In this document: positions 12,879 through 27,105 of the stretch, one piece after another
How the letters are laid out: every line of letters begins with the position of its first letter
How positions within the stretch are numbered: position 1 is the first letter of the stretch
NCBI RefSeq assembly: GCF_009914755.1
Contig: NC_060936.1
Strand: one strand, 5' to 3'
DNA length: 64,000 bases
Source of the DNA: the human T2T-CHM13v2.0 reference genome, Homo sapiens
Notes under the pieces: generated by a model
Database searches by the model: none
What the model saw: only the letters and a program-made list of their open reading frames with translations
What the model was told of the DNA's origin: nothing
Translations under genes and position numbers: made by a program

Positions 12879-13247
12879 TGGCTTAGTCTATTTTGTATTG
12901 CTATAGCAGAATACTACAGACTGAGTAATTTATAAGGAACAGACATTTAATAGCTCACAGTTCTAGGGACTGGGAAGTCTAATATGAAGGTGCAGGCAGG
13001 ATTGGTGGTTCCAATTCCAAGATAGCGCCTTAAACACTGTGCCCTCCGAAGGGGAGGAAGGCTTCACCTTCACATGGCGGGGGATAAAGAGACAAAAAGG
13101 GACCAAATTCACCTTTTGATAACACCATGAATCCTACTCATGAGGACAGAGCCCTCATGGCCTTATCACTTCTTAAAGACCCCAGCTCTTGGTACTGCAT
13201 TTCAATCTCAACATGAGCTTTGAGGTGACAAACATTTGACCATAACA
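12879..13247 (-). mobile_element. MaLR solo LTR (MSTC/MSTD/MLT1A-like) inserted in an antisense L2 relic
   Basis: tggcttagtctattttgtattgctatagcagaatac...acaaacatttgaccataaca; ACAC on both flanks. Confidence 0.8.
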
Positions 13248-13452
13248 ACACCTTTGCCAAAATAGTAATGAAAGCACCCGGAGAGCATTGGATGAGATGA
13301 TTGTGGTGGGTCAGGCAGCGTGAGGGCAGAAGAAAGACTTATAGTGAAGAACAGGAAAGGGGAGGGGCCTGTGAAGACTGAGGCAGCAGGGAACCAGGAG
13401 GATGAAGTGTCACTGAAGCTTAGAAAATGTGAGATTTTAAGAAAAAGTGCTG

Positions 13453-13690
13453 CAGGTTGAGTATCCCTTATCTGAAATGCTTGGGACCAGAAGTGTTGCA
13501 GATTTTGAGTTTTTTTTTGGACTTTGGAATATCTGCATTACATTTACCAGTTGATCAGACCAAATACAAAAATCTGAAATCTGAAATGCTCTCATGAGTA
13601 TTTCCTTTGAGCATCATGTTGGTGATCAAAAAGTTATGGATTTTGGAGCATTTGGATTTATGATGTTTGGATTATGGGATGCTTAACCTG
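13453..13690. mobile_element. Tigger4a/MER46A DNA-transposon MITE
   Basis: Terminal inverted repeats CAGGTTGAGTATCCC...GGGATGCTTAACCTG followed by TA; internal tgcttgggaccagaagtg and aaatctgaaatctgaaatgc repeats. Confidence 0.9.
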
Positions 13691-14104
13691 TAGAACAAAT
13701 TCAGTTCAGTCCAAAAAATACTTCTTGTGCCGTCCCTCTGTTCCAGTCTACATACTTTTTACGGAACTACAAATATAAATAAGCTCTCAACTTTTCTGGG
13801 GGGAGCGGGGAGGAATTATAGTCTGTTAGGAGAAATAGATATGTGAAAACATTTATGTAAATAAAATATGTATTCACACAAAACAGCACTATGTACTTTA
13901 TAAGAGTATATCCAGATATAAAGGTAATATGTCAAATGTGTTAACAAAGTTTCCTGTTGGGCAGAACAGGAGTGGGAAATGGAGATAAAAAGACATCAAT
14001 ATATAAACAAAGCAAAATGGAGGTCTCAACCAAGCAAGAATGTAATAGTGCCATGAATGGAAGCTTCTGATGATTCAACCATCTGCCCACCCTGGTAGAT
14101 CCTT

Positions 14105-14330
14105 GCAGCTTTTTCTTTAATATCAAAAATGTTTTATTTTTACTATAAAGTGCCAAATATTTATGGTAAAATCTTCAAATGGTGAGAAGGTATAAGTAAG
14201 AAAGCATACATCACTTGGGATCCTACCTCCCAGAAATAACCTATGCTAATATTTTTGCCATCATTCTTTCTGACAGTCCTTTCTGTGTGTATACATGCAT
14301 GGATATTTTTGGCACTTACAGTTATTTAAA
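14105..14330 (-). mobile_element. Old L1ME-like fragment
   Basis: AT-rich antisense 3'UTR-like block (cctacctcccagaaataacc...tgctaatatttttg). Confidence 0.4.
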
Positions 14331-15257
14331 AATGGCTAGTGGTTTTTCTTTCAAACCACATAGGAGTAGCTCTTCTTTTTCTGAGAAGAGCAACTTGCAC
14401 ATCTCCTTTTAGATAATGGATAGAAGGCTAGTATTCACCTGTCCTTTGTTGTAGGAGAAAAGCATAATAGAACATGTTTTGGTTTCAAAGGAGCCTAAAG
14501 CTTAGACACTGGGGCTGGTGAAATTAAATGGTGAACTCCCCCAGTGTCCTTTTGCCTCCAATAACTTACAAAGAAGTCAAAGAGCCTTGCAGAAAAAGGG
14601 GACAAACACTCCTTTCACTTGAAGTCTGAGGTTATTAGTACAGGTCTAAGAGCCTGATGGAAGCCCAGGTAGCGGAGAAAGAAGGAAGAAAGGTGTCCTG
14701 GCCAGACCCACAGATGGCATTCAGGAAGGGCTGGAACCCTCACTACTCCTGTTCCCTGGACTATAATCACATGTTGGTCAAAGGTTGTATGAGACTGTAC
14801 ACTAGAAATGTTGTGTCCAAAGAGCTTTGACATTGGAGCCCAGGTCTGCTTAGTATGAAGTGTATGCAGCTGAACAGAACTCTGGGAAAGACTTATCACC
14901 TCCTTTGCATCCTAGAGAAACTGCAGCCAGCATGAAAATAACTGTCAGCCTGGGTTGCGTCTGCGCTTCTTGTGGTGAGCAGGGATTTGGCTACTGAGTG
15001 CTTCCTGCAGTGTGCAGGCCCTGAGAAAGGATTCATGGACCTCCTCCTGGAGGAGGAGCGATGGTGACAGAAGCTATAGCTGCAGGATTGGACATTTGGC
15101 ACATTCACCAAACTTTCCATTTTCGTTTTTCTCTTTCTTAGGCAGGAAAATGGTACCACTCAGTAAGAACCTACCTTTGGGACTTTTGAAGGGAGTCACC
15201 TGGGAAGAAGGATGAATTGCTAAGACTGAGGAAGTGAGAGTTTAAAGCCATTTATTT

Positions 15258-16790
15258 TTTACTATATTACAAAGCCATAGTAATCAAACCAGTATGATAC
15301 TGGTACAGACCACGTAGACCAGTGGAACAGAATAGAGAGCCCAGAAACAAATCCAAACATATACAGTCAACTAATTTTTGACAGGGGCACCAAGAGAGCA
15401 CAATGGGGAAAATAATCTCTTTAATAAATGGTGCTGGGAAAACTGGATTGATACATGCAAGTGAATGGAATTAGGACTCTTATACACAAAAATCAGCTCA
15501 AAATGTGGAAAATACCTAACTGTAAGACCAGAAACTATAAAACTCCTAGAAGAAAAGAAAATCATGGAAAATCTGGGCATCGGCCATGGCAATGATTTTT
15601 TGGATATTACACCAAAAGCTTAGGCCACAAAAGCAAAAAATAAATGAATGGAACAAATCAAACTAAAAATCTTCTGCACAGCTAAGGACAGAATCAACAA
15701 AATGAAATGGTAGCCTACAGATTAGGAAAAAATATTCACAAAACATGTATCTGATAAGGGGTTAATATCTACAATTTATAAAGAGCTCATACAGCCTAAT
15801 AGTACAAAAACAAATAACCTGATTAAAAAATGAGCAAAAAACCTGGATAGACATTTCTTCAAAGAAGACATGAAAATGGCCAACACACATATAAAAAGGT
15901 GGTCAACATCATTAACTTTCAAGGAAATGCAAATCAAAACCGCTATATTACCTCACATCTGTTAGGATGGCTGTTATCAAAAAGTAAAACAATAATAAAT
16001 TTGGTGAGGGTGTGGAGAAAAGGGACTCATATACACTGTTGGGGGGAATGTAGATTGGTGCAGCCATTATGGGAAACAGTATGGAGTTTCATAAAGAAAT
16101 TAAAAATAGAACTACCATATGACCCAGCAACCCTCTTCTGGGTAAATATCCAAACGAGATGAAATCAACACCTCATAAAGATATCTGCACTCTTTTGTTC
16201 ACTGTAGCATTATTCACAATATCCACAGAATCGGACACAACCAAAGTGCCTGTCAGTGAATGAATGAATAAAAAAAACTGTGGTATATACACACAATGGG
16301 ATATTATTCAGTCCTAAAAAGGAATAAGATATTGCTACTTGCTATAACCTGGAAGAGCCTGAAGGACTTTATAGTAAATGAAATAAGCCAGATACAGAAA
16401 CAAAAATATTGTATGATTTCATTTATATGTGAAATCTAAATGTATATATATTTATATGGAGATAGATAATAAAGCAGTGGTTACTGGGCTACTGGGGTAT
16501 GTGGGGAGAGTAAATGGGGAGATGGAAGTCAGAGGACACAAAGTAGAAGATCTGGAATGAACAAGTCTAGAGATTTGATTTACAGCATGAGAACTATTGG
16601 TAACAAAATTGTATGTTTTTTGGGATTCTTGCTAGGTGAGTAGGTTCTAGCTGCTCTTGTCGCACACATATGATAACTATGTGAACTGAAGAATATATTC
16701 ATTTGCTTCACTGTATTAATTTTAAAAAATCATTTACATATATTTCATAACGTTTTATACTTTAAATATACACAAAATTTATTTTAAAAA
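15258..16790 (+). mobile_element. 5'-truncated L1MA (about L1MA8-10): degenerate ORF2 3' part plus 3'UTR
   Basis: tattacaaagccatagtaatcaaa..., gaccagtggaacagaatagagagcccagaaa; ORF2 C-terminal remnant [32 protein letters not shown] (ORF 15899-16162); L1MA-type 3'UTR. Confidence 0.9.
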
Positions 16791-16841
16791 GTGAAATGTA
16801 ACTTGATATTTACCTCAAATTGGTAAGGTAAAATAGAACTC

Positions 16842-17023
16842 TGTGTGTGTGTATTTGTGTGTGTGTGTATGTATGCATGTATGTGTACATGTGTATATGT
16901 ATGTATGTATGTCTATGTGCATGCGTATGTGTGTATGTATGCATGCATGCATGTGTGTGCATGTGTGTGTGTGTGTATGTATGTGTGTATGTGTGTGTGT
17001 GTATGTATGTGTATATATGTACA
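16842..17023. repeat. Compound (TG)n/(TATG)n/(TGCA)n microsatellite
   Basis: Direct inspection: near-continuous purine/pyrimidine alternation. Confidence 0.9.
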
Positions 17024-17116
17024 TTTGTCTGTACTGCTAGGGCCACAGACAGAATAAGACAGCCAGTCTATTTTCTGTACCCCAGAAGTTTATGTTTTAG
17101 TAGGACAGTACATAAA

Positions 17117-17795
17117 TGTGTGGTAAGGAATTTGGCCTCACCCAAAAAAAGGTCTGGGCTTTGTTTTGGCTTCTTGGAGGTAGCCTGTAGATCCTTGGCA
17201 TTTCCCTGGTGTTAGGAATGTTTTTGTTATTTGTGGCAGGCCCCCCAGACCCCACCTGGTAGTTTTGCTTACCAGGGTGATGAGGGTGGGCTGCTCAGGC
17301 CATGTGATATCAGCTTCACTCCTGGGAGAGTGGGGTGGGGGAGCTGTGGATTGAGTTCTGCCATGTGGACAATGACTCAGTCGATCGTGCCCACAGAAGG
17401 AAGCCCCCATAAAAACCCTGGACACCAAAGCTCGGGTGGGCGTCCTTGAGCAGCAGTACTCCACATGTGATGTCACATATTGTGGCTGGGAGGGGCAACA
17501 CCAGCCATGACTCCATGGGAAGGGAATGGCCGCAAGCTCCAGGGTGGGCTCTGCCCATACTCTCCCTGTGCGTCGATTCCCTTGGCTGTTCTAGCTTGTG
17601 TCCCTCCCCTGGAATAAACGTGACAATGAGTATAATTGATTTCAGTGAGTTCTGTGACTCTTTCTAGTAAGTTACAGAATCTGAGAGTGGTTTTTGGAAT
17701 ACTTCAACTTGCAGTTGTTATCACAAGTATTGGGCAGACTCAGTAACCTGAAGGATTACTTCCTAAACCCTGCAGTTTGGCTAACTGCAGGTGAT
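17117..17795 (+). mobile_element. ERVL-class solo LTR, MER21 (MER21C-like)
   Basis: tgtgtggtaaggaatttggcc start; aaaaccctggacaccaaagctcgggtg; tgtcacatattgtggctgggagg. Confidence 0.75.
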
Positions 17796-17799
17796 AGAT

Positions 17800-18270
17800 A
17801 AACAAAAAACAAAATAAACGGCAAAGTTATTAATACTTTCAGAGTGTGATAAGTTCCTAAAGAAATTAAAACAGAATGTCATGAAAGAGAATGACAGAGG
17901 TGGGACTGTGTGGACTGGGTTGTTGGGGCTCCGAGCTGAATCTTCAATGACAGGTAATGCCCACCAGACAAACATCTGGGGACACAAATGGTTTGTGAGA
18001 TGGGAACAAACTATGTGTTTTCACGAGATCAGACGAGATCGGGTGCGTTCAGGGTGGTATGACCATAGACACTAGGTGTTTTCAAGAAACAGGAAAATGG
18101 TTCAATGTGGATGGAGTGAGTGAGGCAGAAACAGAGGAGGAGTCAGAGAAGTGGGTGGGGCCCTATTCTATAGGGCTCTGCAGGCTGGGTCTGGCCTTTG
18201 TGTTTTGTTAAGTACAATTGGAGATTCATTGGAGGATTTAGGCAGGTGAGTGACATGACCTACTTATCCT
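17800..18270 (-). mobile_element. L2 relic (host of the 5S fragment)
   Basis: cattggaggatttaggcaggtgagtgacatgacc..., antisense L2 3' region. Confidence 0.55.
18024..18070 (-). pseudogene. 5S rRNA retropseudogene, 5' 47 nt only, no poly(A) tail
   Basis: Reverse complement GTCTATGGTCATACCACCCTGAACGCACCCGATCTCGTCTGATCTCG matches mammalian 5S rRNA nt 1-47 with 3 transitions; flanked by a 14-bp TSD actatgtgttttca (18010-18023) / actaggtgttttca (18071-18084). Confidence 0.93.
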
Positions 18271-18999
18271 TCTATATGCACATATATAGTTTTGCATAAA
18301 AGGGGTCATACTATCCATACTATTCTGTAGCTTGCTACTTTTACATACAGGAGTATGTAATATCCAGCCATATCTGTTTTGCGTGAGATGTGTAATGGCA
18401 TGCATTTACAGAGAGGGCTATGGGAGCATGGAGGGGTGGGGTATGTCCAGCCTTAGGGAGCCATGGACGCTTTCCTGGAAGGCAATGCCTGAGCCAGGTC
18501 ACAGAATATGACAGGTAGCTGGCCTAGCGAAGAAAGCAGTGAAGGGAATCTCAGGCAGTGGGGTACCTAGTATAGGTACAGGGGCAGAAACAGAGGAGAC
18601 AGCATAGGTAAGTGGTCACCTGTGTAGAATGCTGCAGAAAGATTATTAGACGGGATGATCAGCAATCTTTAAAAGATCAGCTTCAGGAGAGTTGGAAGGA
18701 TATGACTTAAACAGGCATTGTTGGGTAGCAGGGACAGAAACCACTCAAAAGAGGACAGCTGGTTATTTTAGAGATACCACAGACAGTCTGATGGTTATCC
18801 AAGAGCAGAACACATTGGGATTGGAACTGGACATCAGCAAGTAAAGCCACTCCCTGTTTTCTACAATGAGAATCTGACTGGGTGAGTCCAATCTACCACT
18901 GGACATGTCCACTGTACTCTTATCAGCTTGGGCAGGTTAGCAATTTCCAAGAAAGGAAGAGGGGTTGGGCAGGCTTCCCAAGTATGCTTTCTGCAGCTG

Positions 19000-19240
19000 T
19001 TCTAATGATGAAGCATGCAGACTCCAGAGCCAGAGTGCTTGCATCAGAACCCCAATCTATCACCTGCCAGCTGTGTGATCTTGGGCTAATAAATTAACCA
19101 CTCTGTGCTCAGTTTCCTCTACTGAAAAATGAGGATGCCAATGATAGTGTTTACCAGGCAATATTATTGTGAAGATTAAATGAGTTAGTATATAATATGT
19201 AAGCACTTAGAATAATACCAGACAGACAGAAAAGTGTTCC
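19000..19240 (+). mobile_element. MIR SINE (near full length)
   Basis: gactccagagccag...agctgtgtgatcttgggc...ctctgtgctcagtttcctc...gtgaagattaaatgagtta...aagcacttagaa. Confidence 0.85.
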
Positions 19241-20789
19241 CCATTATTTTTGTTAGGGCCTGCTGAAAGAATGAGAAAATTGGGGAAAAAGTGTGAAGAA
19301 GTTTGACAGTGAGGGAAAGGAGAGGGATGCAGTAGTGGTTTCATAGAAAATCAGTAGGGACGTGGGGACTGTATCGGGACACAGGAAGTATGAATGGCTT
19401 TATCGATTCAGGGCGCAGAGCCAGGAATGATGCCACATGTGTGAGAGAGAATGGAAACTGACAGGGTCCGTCAACAACAGAAACAGAGAAGGAGCAAAGG
19501 GTGGTGGGGATGCAGAGGGGCATTGGCGGGGAGAAAATTAGAATCTGCTGACCCTGCTTACTGCCATAAAGGAGCTGGCAGGACCTGCTGCCAAGAATGA
19601 AGGTCAAAAGCATGTTTGGGGGATTAAGGCAATCAAGAAAGCTTCAGAATGATTTAGATGCTCCTCCTCCGTGAAATTACAAAAACTAAATCTCAGTGGC
19701 ATAATGAGTTCCTCTCTTCTCCGTGCCCCAACAGCATACTCCAATGCACACCTCCTTTACAGCGCCGGTCACATTTCAGTGTAGTGATTTGTCTATCTGA
19801 TCCGACTTCTTGAATGCCATCTCTGTGAGGTCACAGACCTTAGGGGGGTGCAGCAGATTTCCCTTAGCTCTAAGTGTGAATTAGAAAAAGGACCTTCTCT
19901 GGATGAAGGCAACTCAGAGGAAGGGGTACCTTTTCCTAATCTGCACAAAAGTGCTATCTGCTTGCCATGTTCCTCTTCTGTGAAATTAAAAAAAAAAAAA
20001 AATCATAGGCAAACAGTGCCTTGGGCCAGATTCAAGGACTGGTGAGTGAATTTCATCTCTTTCCTTTCTTTGGCTGGGATCCCTTCTCTGTGCATGGCTT
20101 GCACAACCAGGCACTGGGCCTGGATATTTCCATCTCCCTAGTGTGTTGCACAGTACCTAGTGCAGAGTAGATGCTCAAAAGAACTGTTGAATAAACAAAC
20201 AAATTATGTTGATGAGGTGAATTATGTATAGAACCTACTAGGAATGGGAAGAAGGAATCATTAATTGCTGGACACATTCTAAGCATCTAAAACATGTTTG
20301 ATGAATGAATGGGTATGTATAAAAATGATGTTGAGTACTCCACTGAGGTTAGGAAGAATGTATGTGTCTTCCACTCAAGGCTTCCTGGTTTTGGATTTAC
20401 ATGAGCAAGATGAATCATCTCATGTAAAGAGGCTGCAAAAATTACTGGTTGGATCAATCCAGGGTTCAGATTGGCAGAGTGGTTTGGAGGAGGATCCAGG
20501 GCATATTTTTTTTTCTACAGGTCCTCAAAACCTCTGTAGTTGAGCCCAGAAGGGGTCTCTTAAGGATCTTTCTTCAAGACTTTGTAAAACCCTAAACCTG
20601 GCATCTTCTGGATGAATAGCCTACTAGGTTCTGAGGTGCCTTGGGGTCACTCTGGGTACCAGGTGACCATCATCTCATGCTGGTTTGCAGGCAAATCAGG
20701 GGCACAGAGCACCAATTCTTCCCTGTGCTAGCTTCTGCCAGTTCTTTCCCAGCCCAAAGAACTGACCATCATTTAATGTAGTATGCTGT

Positions 20790-21290
20790 AGGGTAAAAGT
20801 TCTCAAGCTTTAGAGTGGATCAGAAATACCTGAAGAGACTTGATTGCTGGGCCTCAGCCATAGAATTTCTGATTTAGTCAGCTTGAGGAATCTGAATTTT
20901 CTTCTTCTTCTTCTTCTTTATTTTTTTTTTTTTCAGGAGACAGAGTCTCTCTCTCAGGCTGGAGTGCAGTGGCATGATTATAACTTACTTCAGCCCCAAA
21001 CTTCTGGGCTCAAGTGATCCTTCTCTCTCAGCCTCCCAAGTAGCTGGGACTACAGGTGTGTGTCACTGCACCCAGCTAATTTAATTTAATTTAATTTATT
21101 TTTTTTGTACAGACACAGTCTTGCTATTTTTCTCAGACTGGTCTGAAACTCCTGGCCTCAAATGATCCTTCTGCTTCTGCCTCCGAAAGTGGTGAAATTA
21201 CAGGCTGGGGCTACCATGCCCAGCCAGAACATGAACTTCTAACAATTTACCAGGTGATGCTGCTGCTGTCTGTTCCTGGACCACACTTGA
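20790..21290 (-). mobile_element. MER5A (hAT MITE) split by an Alu
   Basis: gttctcaagctttagagtggatcagaa...ttctgatttagt on the left and ttctaacaatttaccaggtgatgctgctgctg...ggaccacacttgag on the right. Confidence 0.75.
20901..21225 (-). mobile_element. AluJ
   Basis: Dimeric Alu with a (CTT)n/T tail and J-type features (gggctcaagtgatcc); imperfect TSD gaatctgaattttct / gaacatgaacttct. Confidence 0.9.
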
Positions 21291-22409
21291 GTTGTCTTTC
21301 TTTGCATCTTCCACCCAGCATTGCTTAATAGAGAGTGATCTGTCTCAGCAAGGCCCACGTCATCTACTCTCCACCCAGGCTTTCCTCTGACCCCTCTGGT
21401 CCTTGTTCACCACGGTCTGGCAGCTGTGGGCTTTACAGTGGGAGGAACTATGGAGGATCCACTACAGAAAATGCAGAGGTATGGTGTCTTTTCACTTGGT
21501 GGGGTCAATTCAGCTCAGGGGACTCAGAGCATTCTTCCACCCCTGTTCGCAAAAGTTAGGGCACAGCATTGCTTCTCCTCAAAGAACTTTCCTGCTGGGG
21601 GGTGCCCAGGTCTGTGGCTGTGGCCTCCATTGATAGTGGAGCTCTCGTTTTCACCCACATAGTATAGTAGAGGACCCCAACTGGCTGAGAAAACTCCCTG
21701 GCCTCCCCTTGTACAACTACTCCATGTGTCTCGGCTCAGTTCCGGGTTCTGCCCCTGCTTCCTCCCAGCCAGTCCCTGCAGACCCAGCCCAGGCAGTCCT
21801 CCATGCCCGAGGGATCTGAAGTTGCTGTCTCTGGCAATCGCTACTGTTTTCCAGTTACTTATGGAATCATCTCCTCAGTTTGAACATCCCCCGAGGGCAA
21901 GGACCGCAGCTTGCTGCACTTCGAGTGTCTCCCTCCCATTGTGATATCTAGCCCCGTGTTGTGGGGGTACACAGTGGGGCCCAATAAAGAACTGCTCTCC
22001 AAATATGGAAAAGAAGGTCTCAGGCTTATTCCACTTAGACACGGCTCACGTGGGCTTCATTTATAACATGCCTTTCACAGCACCCCCTTGCGTTTCCAAA
22101 CTAGCTCCCAGAGACTTCCCTACTTCTTCAGGAAGTTCTTGCAACTTGAAAATTGGAAGATATCAACTCCAGCTTCTAATTAGGGGTTTGTCCCCCAACA
22201 TGATAATAATTGTTTGGGGAAATCTTTTTACTGGTGTTCTGCTTGATATAGGCCTTCTTCACCCTGGGTACTCTGGTCCAGGGGAACCTGAATGGAATGC
22301 TTAAATGCTTAAGACTGTGAGTTGGGGAAGGAGGTTTCTGATTATTGGCAACCAGGTAAAGACTACTGTGAACTGAGAAAAATGCATGTCTGCATTTTTA
22401 TGCTTCAGT

Positions 22410-22714
22410 TTTATTTTAATTTTTATTTTTTTGAGACAGAGTCTCGCTCTGTGGCCCAGGCTGGAGTGCAGTGGCACAATCTTGGCTCACTGCAACCTCT
22501 GTCTCCCGGGTTCAAGTGATTCTTGTGCCTCACACTGCTGAGTAGCTGGGATTACAGGCGCCCACCACCAGGCCCAGCTAATTTTTGTACTTTTAGTAGA
22601 GACAGGGTTTCGCCATGTTGGCCAGGCTGGTCGTCAACTCTTGACCTCAAGTGATCCACCTGCCTCAGCCTCCCAGAGTTCTGGGATTATAGGTCTGAGC
22701 CACTGTGCCCGGCC
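22410..22714 (-). mobile_element. AluS (Sx/Sz-like)
   Basis: Full dimer gagacagagtctcgctctg...ctcaagtgatccacc...gtgcccggcc. Confidence 0.95.
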
Positions 22715-23787
22715 TGTGCTTTAATTTTATATCTTTGTACTTCATCAGTGAAATTGGATAATGACATCTGCAGAACTTATCTACTATATGTGTGATTTTA
22801 AAATTTCTAAAATTGTGAAAATTCTCAGAAAAGTATAAGATAAGTTGCAAATACAAGGTATTCTATTTCTACCCACATTCGGATTCTAAGTGTTCAGTTC
22901 TGGCATGATATGTATGTCTTAATTACTGAGGACTATCTGTGGGCCATTATGTGTGTGAAATATACTTTTAAATAGAGTGTATACCTGTATATCTATTTTT
23001 ATGCCAACAGAGATTTTTTTTTTTTTAAAGATCTGTCCATGGCAAGTACATGTCAGGGATCTCATGCTGACTTATTTAGATGTCTAGGTTTAATGAGGTG
23101 AACTTCAAACCTGTCCCTGAACATAACTGGCTAAATTGTACACATAGTTATTAAATACAATTACACTTATAGATTCACATACACTATAGGTTACATCCTG
23201 TCCCCTCTGAACACAGCAGGCACATTTTGCCAATGTCTGATTTAATAGCTTCCTAGGGAGGTGTTAGTTTTATTCCTCCAACCCCAGCATTTTGGAAGCA
23301 TTTCTTCTGTGCTTTAGCCTTTGATTTTGGATTAATCTCCATAAATTGGCTCTAACTGTTATAAGTCAATTTCTCAGAGACCTGCCTATATATCCTCCCT
23401 TATGAAAGATGGTCACTGGCCTAGCCCAAGAGGGTCCCTATGCTTTGGTGGGAGCTGTCATTCCAGGAAAAGGCCACTGAGACTGAGTCCCCCTGGGAAA
23501 AGTAAAACTTTGCATTTCAAACATTCCTGGGAGACTCAAGCACGCTGCTGCTGACTAATAAGCAGTAGAGGCTTATTATAAGTGGAGGAGATCCTATTTC
23601 ACAAACTGATTGTACTCGACATGAGAAGTGCAGTCCAGACCTTGATCCCGATTAATGAAATTGCCAATTGCTATTTACAGACATTATCCCCGTGCCTCTG
23701 AAAAGATTGTAAAACCTCTTTCATTCAGGCTCCATTAATTTAGAATTTGGGTTCTTATGGAGAGGGTCATCCTTTGCATTGATCTGA

Positions 23788-24327
<540 letters not shown>

Positions 24328-24599
24328 TGACTACATGGTCTCTTGCTGATGGCACCTCTGCTTCTTCCTGATGTTTGCTCCATTTTTCTTCCTAACCAAT
24401 TCCTCTGCAGGCTCATAGTTTCTGGGGCCTATTAGCTTAATGTTGTACCTGGTCATTGTGTTCTTACTGGCTCCAAACGCCAAATGCCAAGTTGCCCAGT
24501 GTTGTCTATTCCAACTCTCCTACAGGCCAACTGTGTTAGCCTGTAGACTAACACATAGTTACAGACCATATGTTGCTGGCCGGTCCAAATATTGATGAC

Positions 24600-25242
<643 letters not shown>

Positions 25243-25579
25243 ACCCTTGGTCCAATAGTATTGCCAAGCTGGAGTGGAGACGTGTGTTAGGCGCCATGGC
25301 CCCCTATGCATGAAGTGTCTCTTAAGACTGGGACAACAGGCAAGGCAGGTGTTTAGTAGTTGGCTGCTCCAGTTGACTGTGTCAGGGGAAGGAAATACTG
25401 GCCCACACAGGGTAAGAATTCAGCTGTAACTTCAGTTACATACTCGCCAGGCATGCTTTAACTTTGCCTCCCAGCTGATTTGGTGCCATGTAAAATTAAA
25501 AGAAAAAAGTCAATCTCAGGTCCATTTCAGTGGTGAGGGACAGGACTTCCCATGCCCGTGGTGTCTTCCACTGCCGTTA

Positions 25580-26430
25580 CGTACGGCACCTGTTCAGTGC
25601 TGGGTCCTCACCCCTCATCTCTTCCACAGACTGTCCCTGAGAAATCCTTACCCAAGCCCAAGACTCGGTCATCCCCATGATGACCCTAAAATCGATGTCT
25701 CCAGCTCATCTGTTCTCCAAGCTCTGGACTATTGTATTCACTTCCCTCTTAAGACATCTCATCTGTATGTCCCACAGGCATCTGAAATCCACAGGTGCAA
25801 ATCAAATTTGTATCTTACCCAAAGCCTCTTCTTATATTTACCAACCTCTAAATTTCCCAATTTAGCGAATATCAAGAGCTTCTTTCCAGTTGTCTAAGTC
25901 TGAGATGTTCTAATAATTTTGAGTCTTCTCTATCAACCATATCCATTCAGTTACAGCATCATATCAATTTTTCTTCCCAAATAGTTCTTGAATCAACCCC
26001 CTCTCCACAATATCCATTGCCACTGCTTTTGTTCCCATCACCTTTATTTCCTAGTAACTAGAAATCCTAACCATTTTATTTCTCTCCAATGTGTCTCTCA
26101 TACCACTCACTGCCAGAATTATCTTTCTAAAAATTACCTAATGTCAATTCCTTAATTAAAACATTTCCATGGATCCCTGTTGCCTATAAGATGAATTCTA
26201 AGCTTCTTGGCATAGTTTATTACAGCCTTTACGGTCCGCTTCTAACTACCCCTTCCCTTGTGCCCCAGGATTTCCCCATCACTTCCTGGGCCCCAGTCAC
26301 ACTCAGTTGTCTCCATGTGCCAAGCTCTTCTGCAACTTCCTATACTTGAATACCTTCATTCTGCCTGGAATATCCTTACTGTACCTATCCACAAGGGTCA
26401 ACTCAAAATCTTATGACCCCAATCCTAAGG
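25580..26430 (+). mobile_element. L2 relic
   Basis: gatgaccctaaaatc...gacatctcatctgtatgtcccacaggcatctgaaa...cactgccagaattatctttctaaaa. Confidence 0.7.
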
Positions 26431-26559
26431 CGCCTTCTAGGAAGCACTGGATGTTTGGCCGATTTGGGTGCCTCAGGGTCTGGGAAGGTAACATCAATGA
26501 GTGATCGGGCTAAGTCACCACAACTGAAGCTGTGGCAACCTGAAGAGTGTTTGGACCAA

Positions 26560-27040
26560 CTAAAGGCCTTTGTAGTGGACGTTGCTCATTTTGTTCCACA
26601 CCACATTTGAGGACCTTTTCTATATTTCTATCATTTCCACACAGTGAAAGCACTGCCAGAAAACCAAGGGGTGCAGATATGAGACCCCAGTTTCACCGAT
26701 GAGAAGTGCCCTCATGAAACGTTATATGGACATGAGTGGTATGAGTGTGGGCTGTGCCAGGGCACGAATGTTCTGGCCAGCCTGGCAGTGAGGGCATTGG
26801 GTTTTGTGGATGGGTGTGCTTCAGCATCACGGGTGCCAGGCAGTAACTGCGGCATGCTGTGCTGGAGGAACTTCTGGGATGCAACTGGGCTCACTTCTGG
26901 CTGTGAACTTTCAGAGTTAGCCTCTCTGGCCCTCCTGGGAAGTTTCTGAACTACCTAATACCCTTTAATACATTTCTTTGTTGCTTAAACTAGCTAGAGT
27001 GGATGGTGTCATTTGTACCTGAGAACTCCTGATTGAAAGA
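26560..27040 (+). mobile_element. ERVL solo LTR (LTR33-like)
   Basis: 3' end ttctgaactacctaataccctttaatacatt...gcttaaactagctagagtggat...gagaactcctgattga; 5' boundary approximate. Confidence 0.65.
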
Positions 27041-27105
27041 TAATCAATGAAAACACACACAAACATACACACACTCACTCACAGAATCTATATTTCTCTC
27101 TCTAT

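Noticed and set aside
16810-17215. Several ORFs rich in H/T/Y or C/V/M
   Set aside because: Artefacts of the TG/TATG microsatellite
26820-26840. REST/RE1-like TTCAGCATCACGG
   Set aside because: Only the left half-site matches (no GGACAG), and it lies in an old LTR
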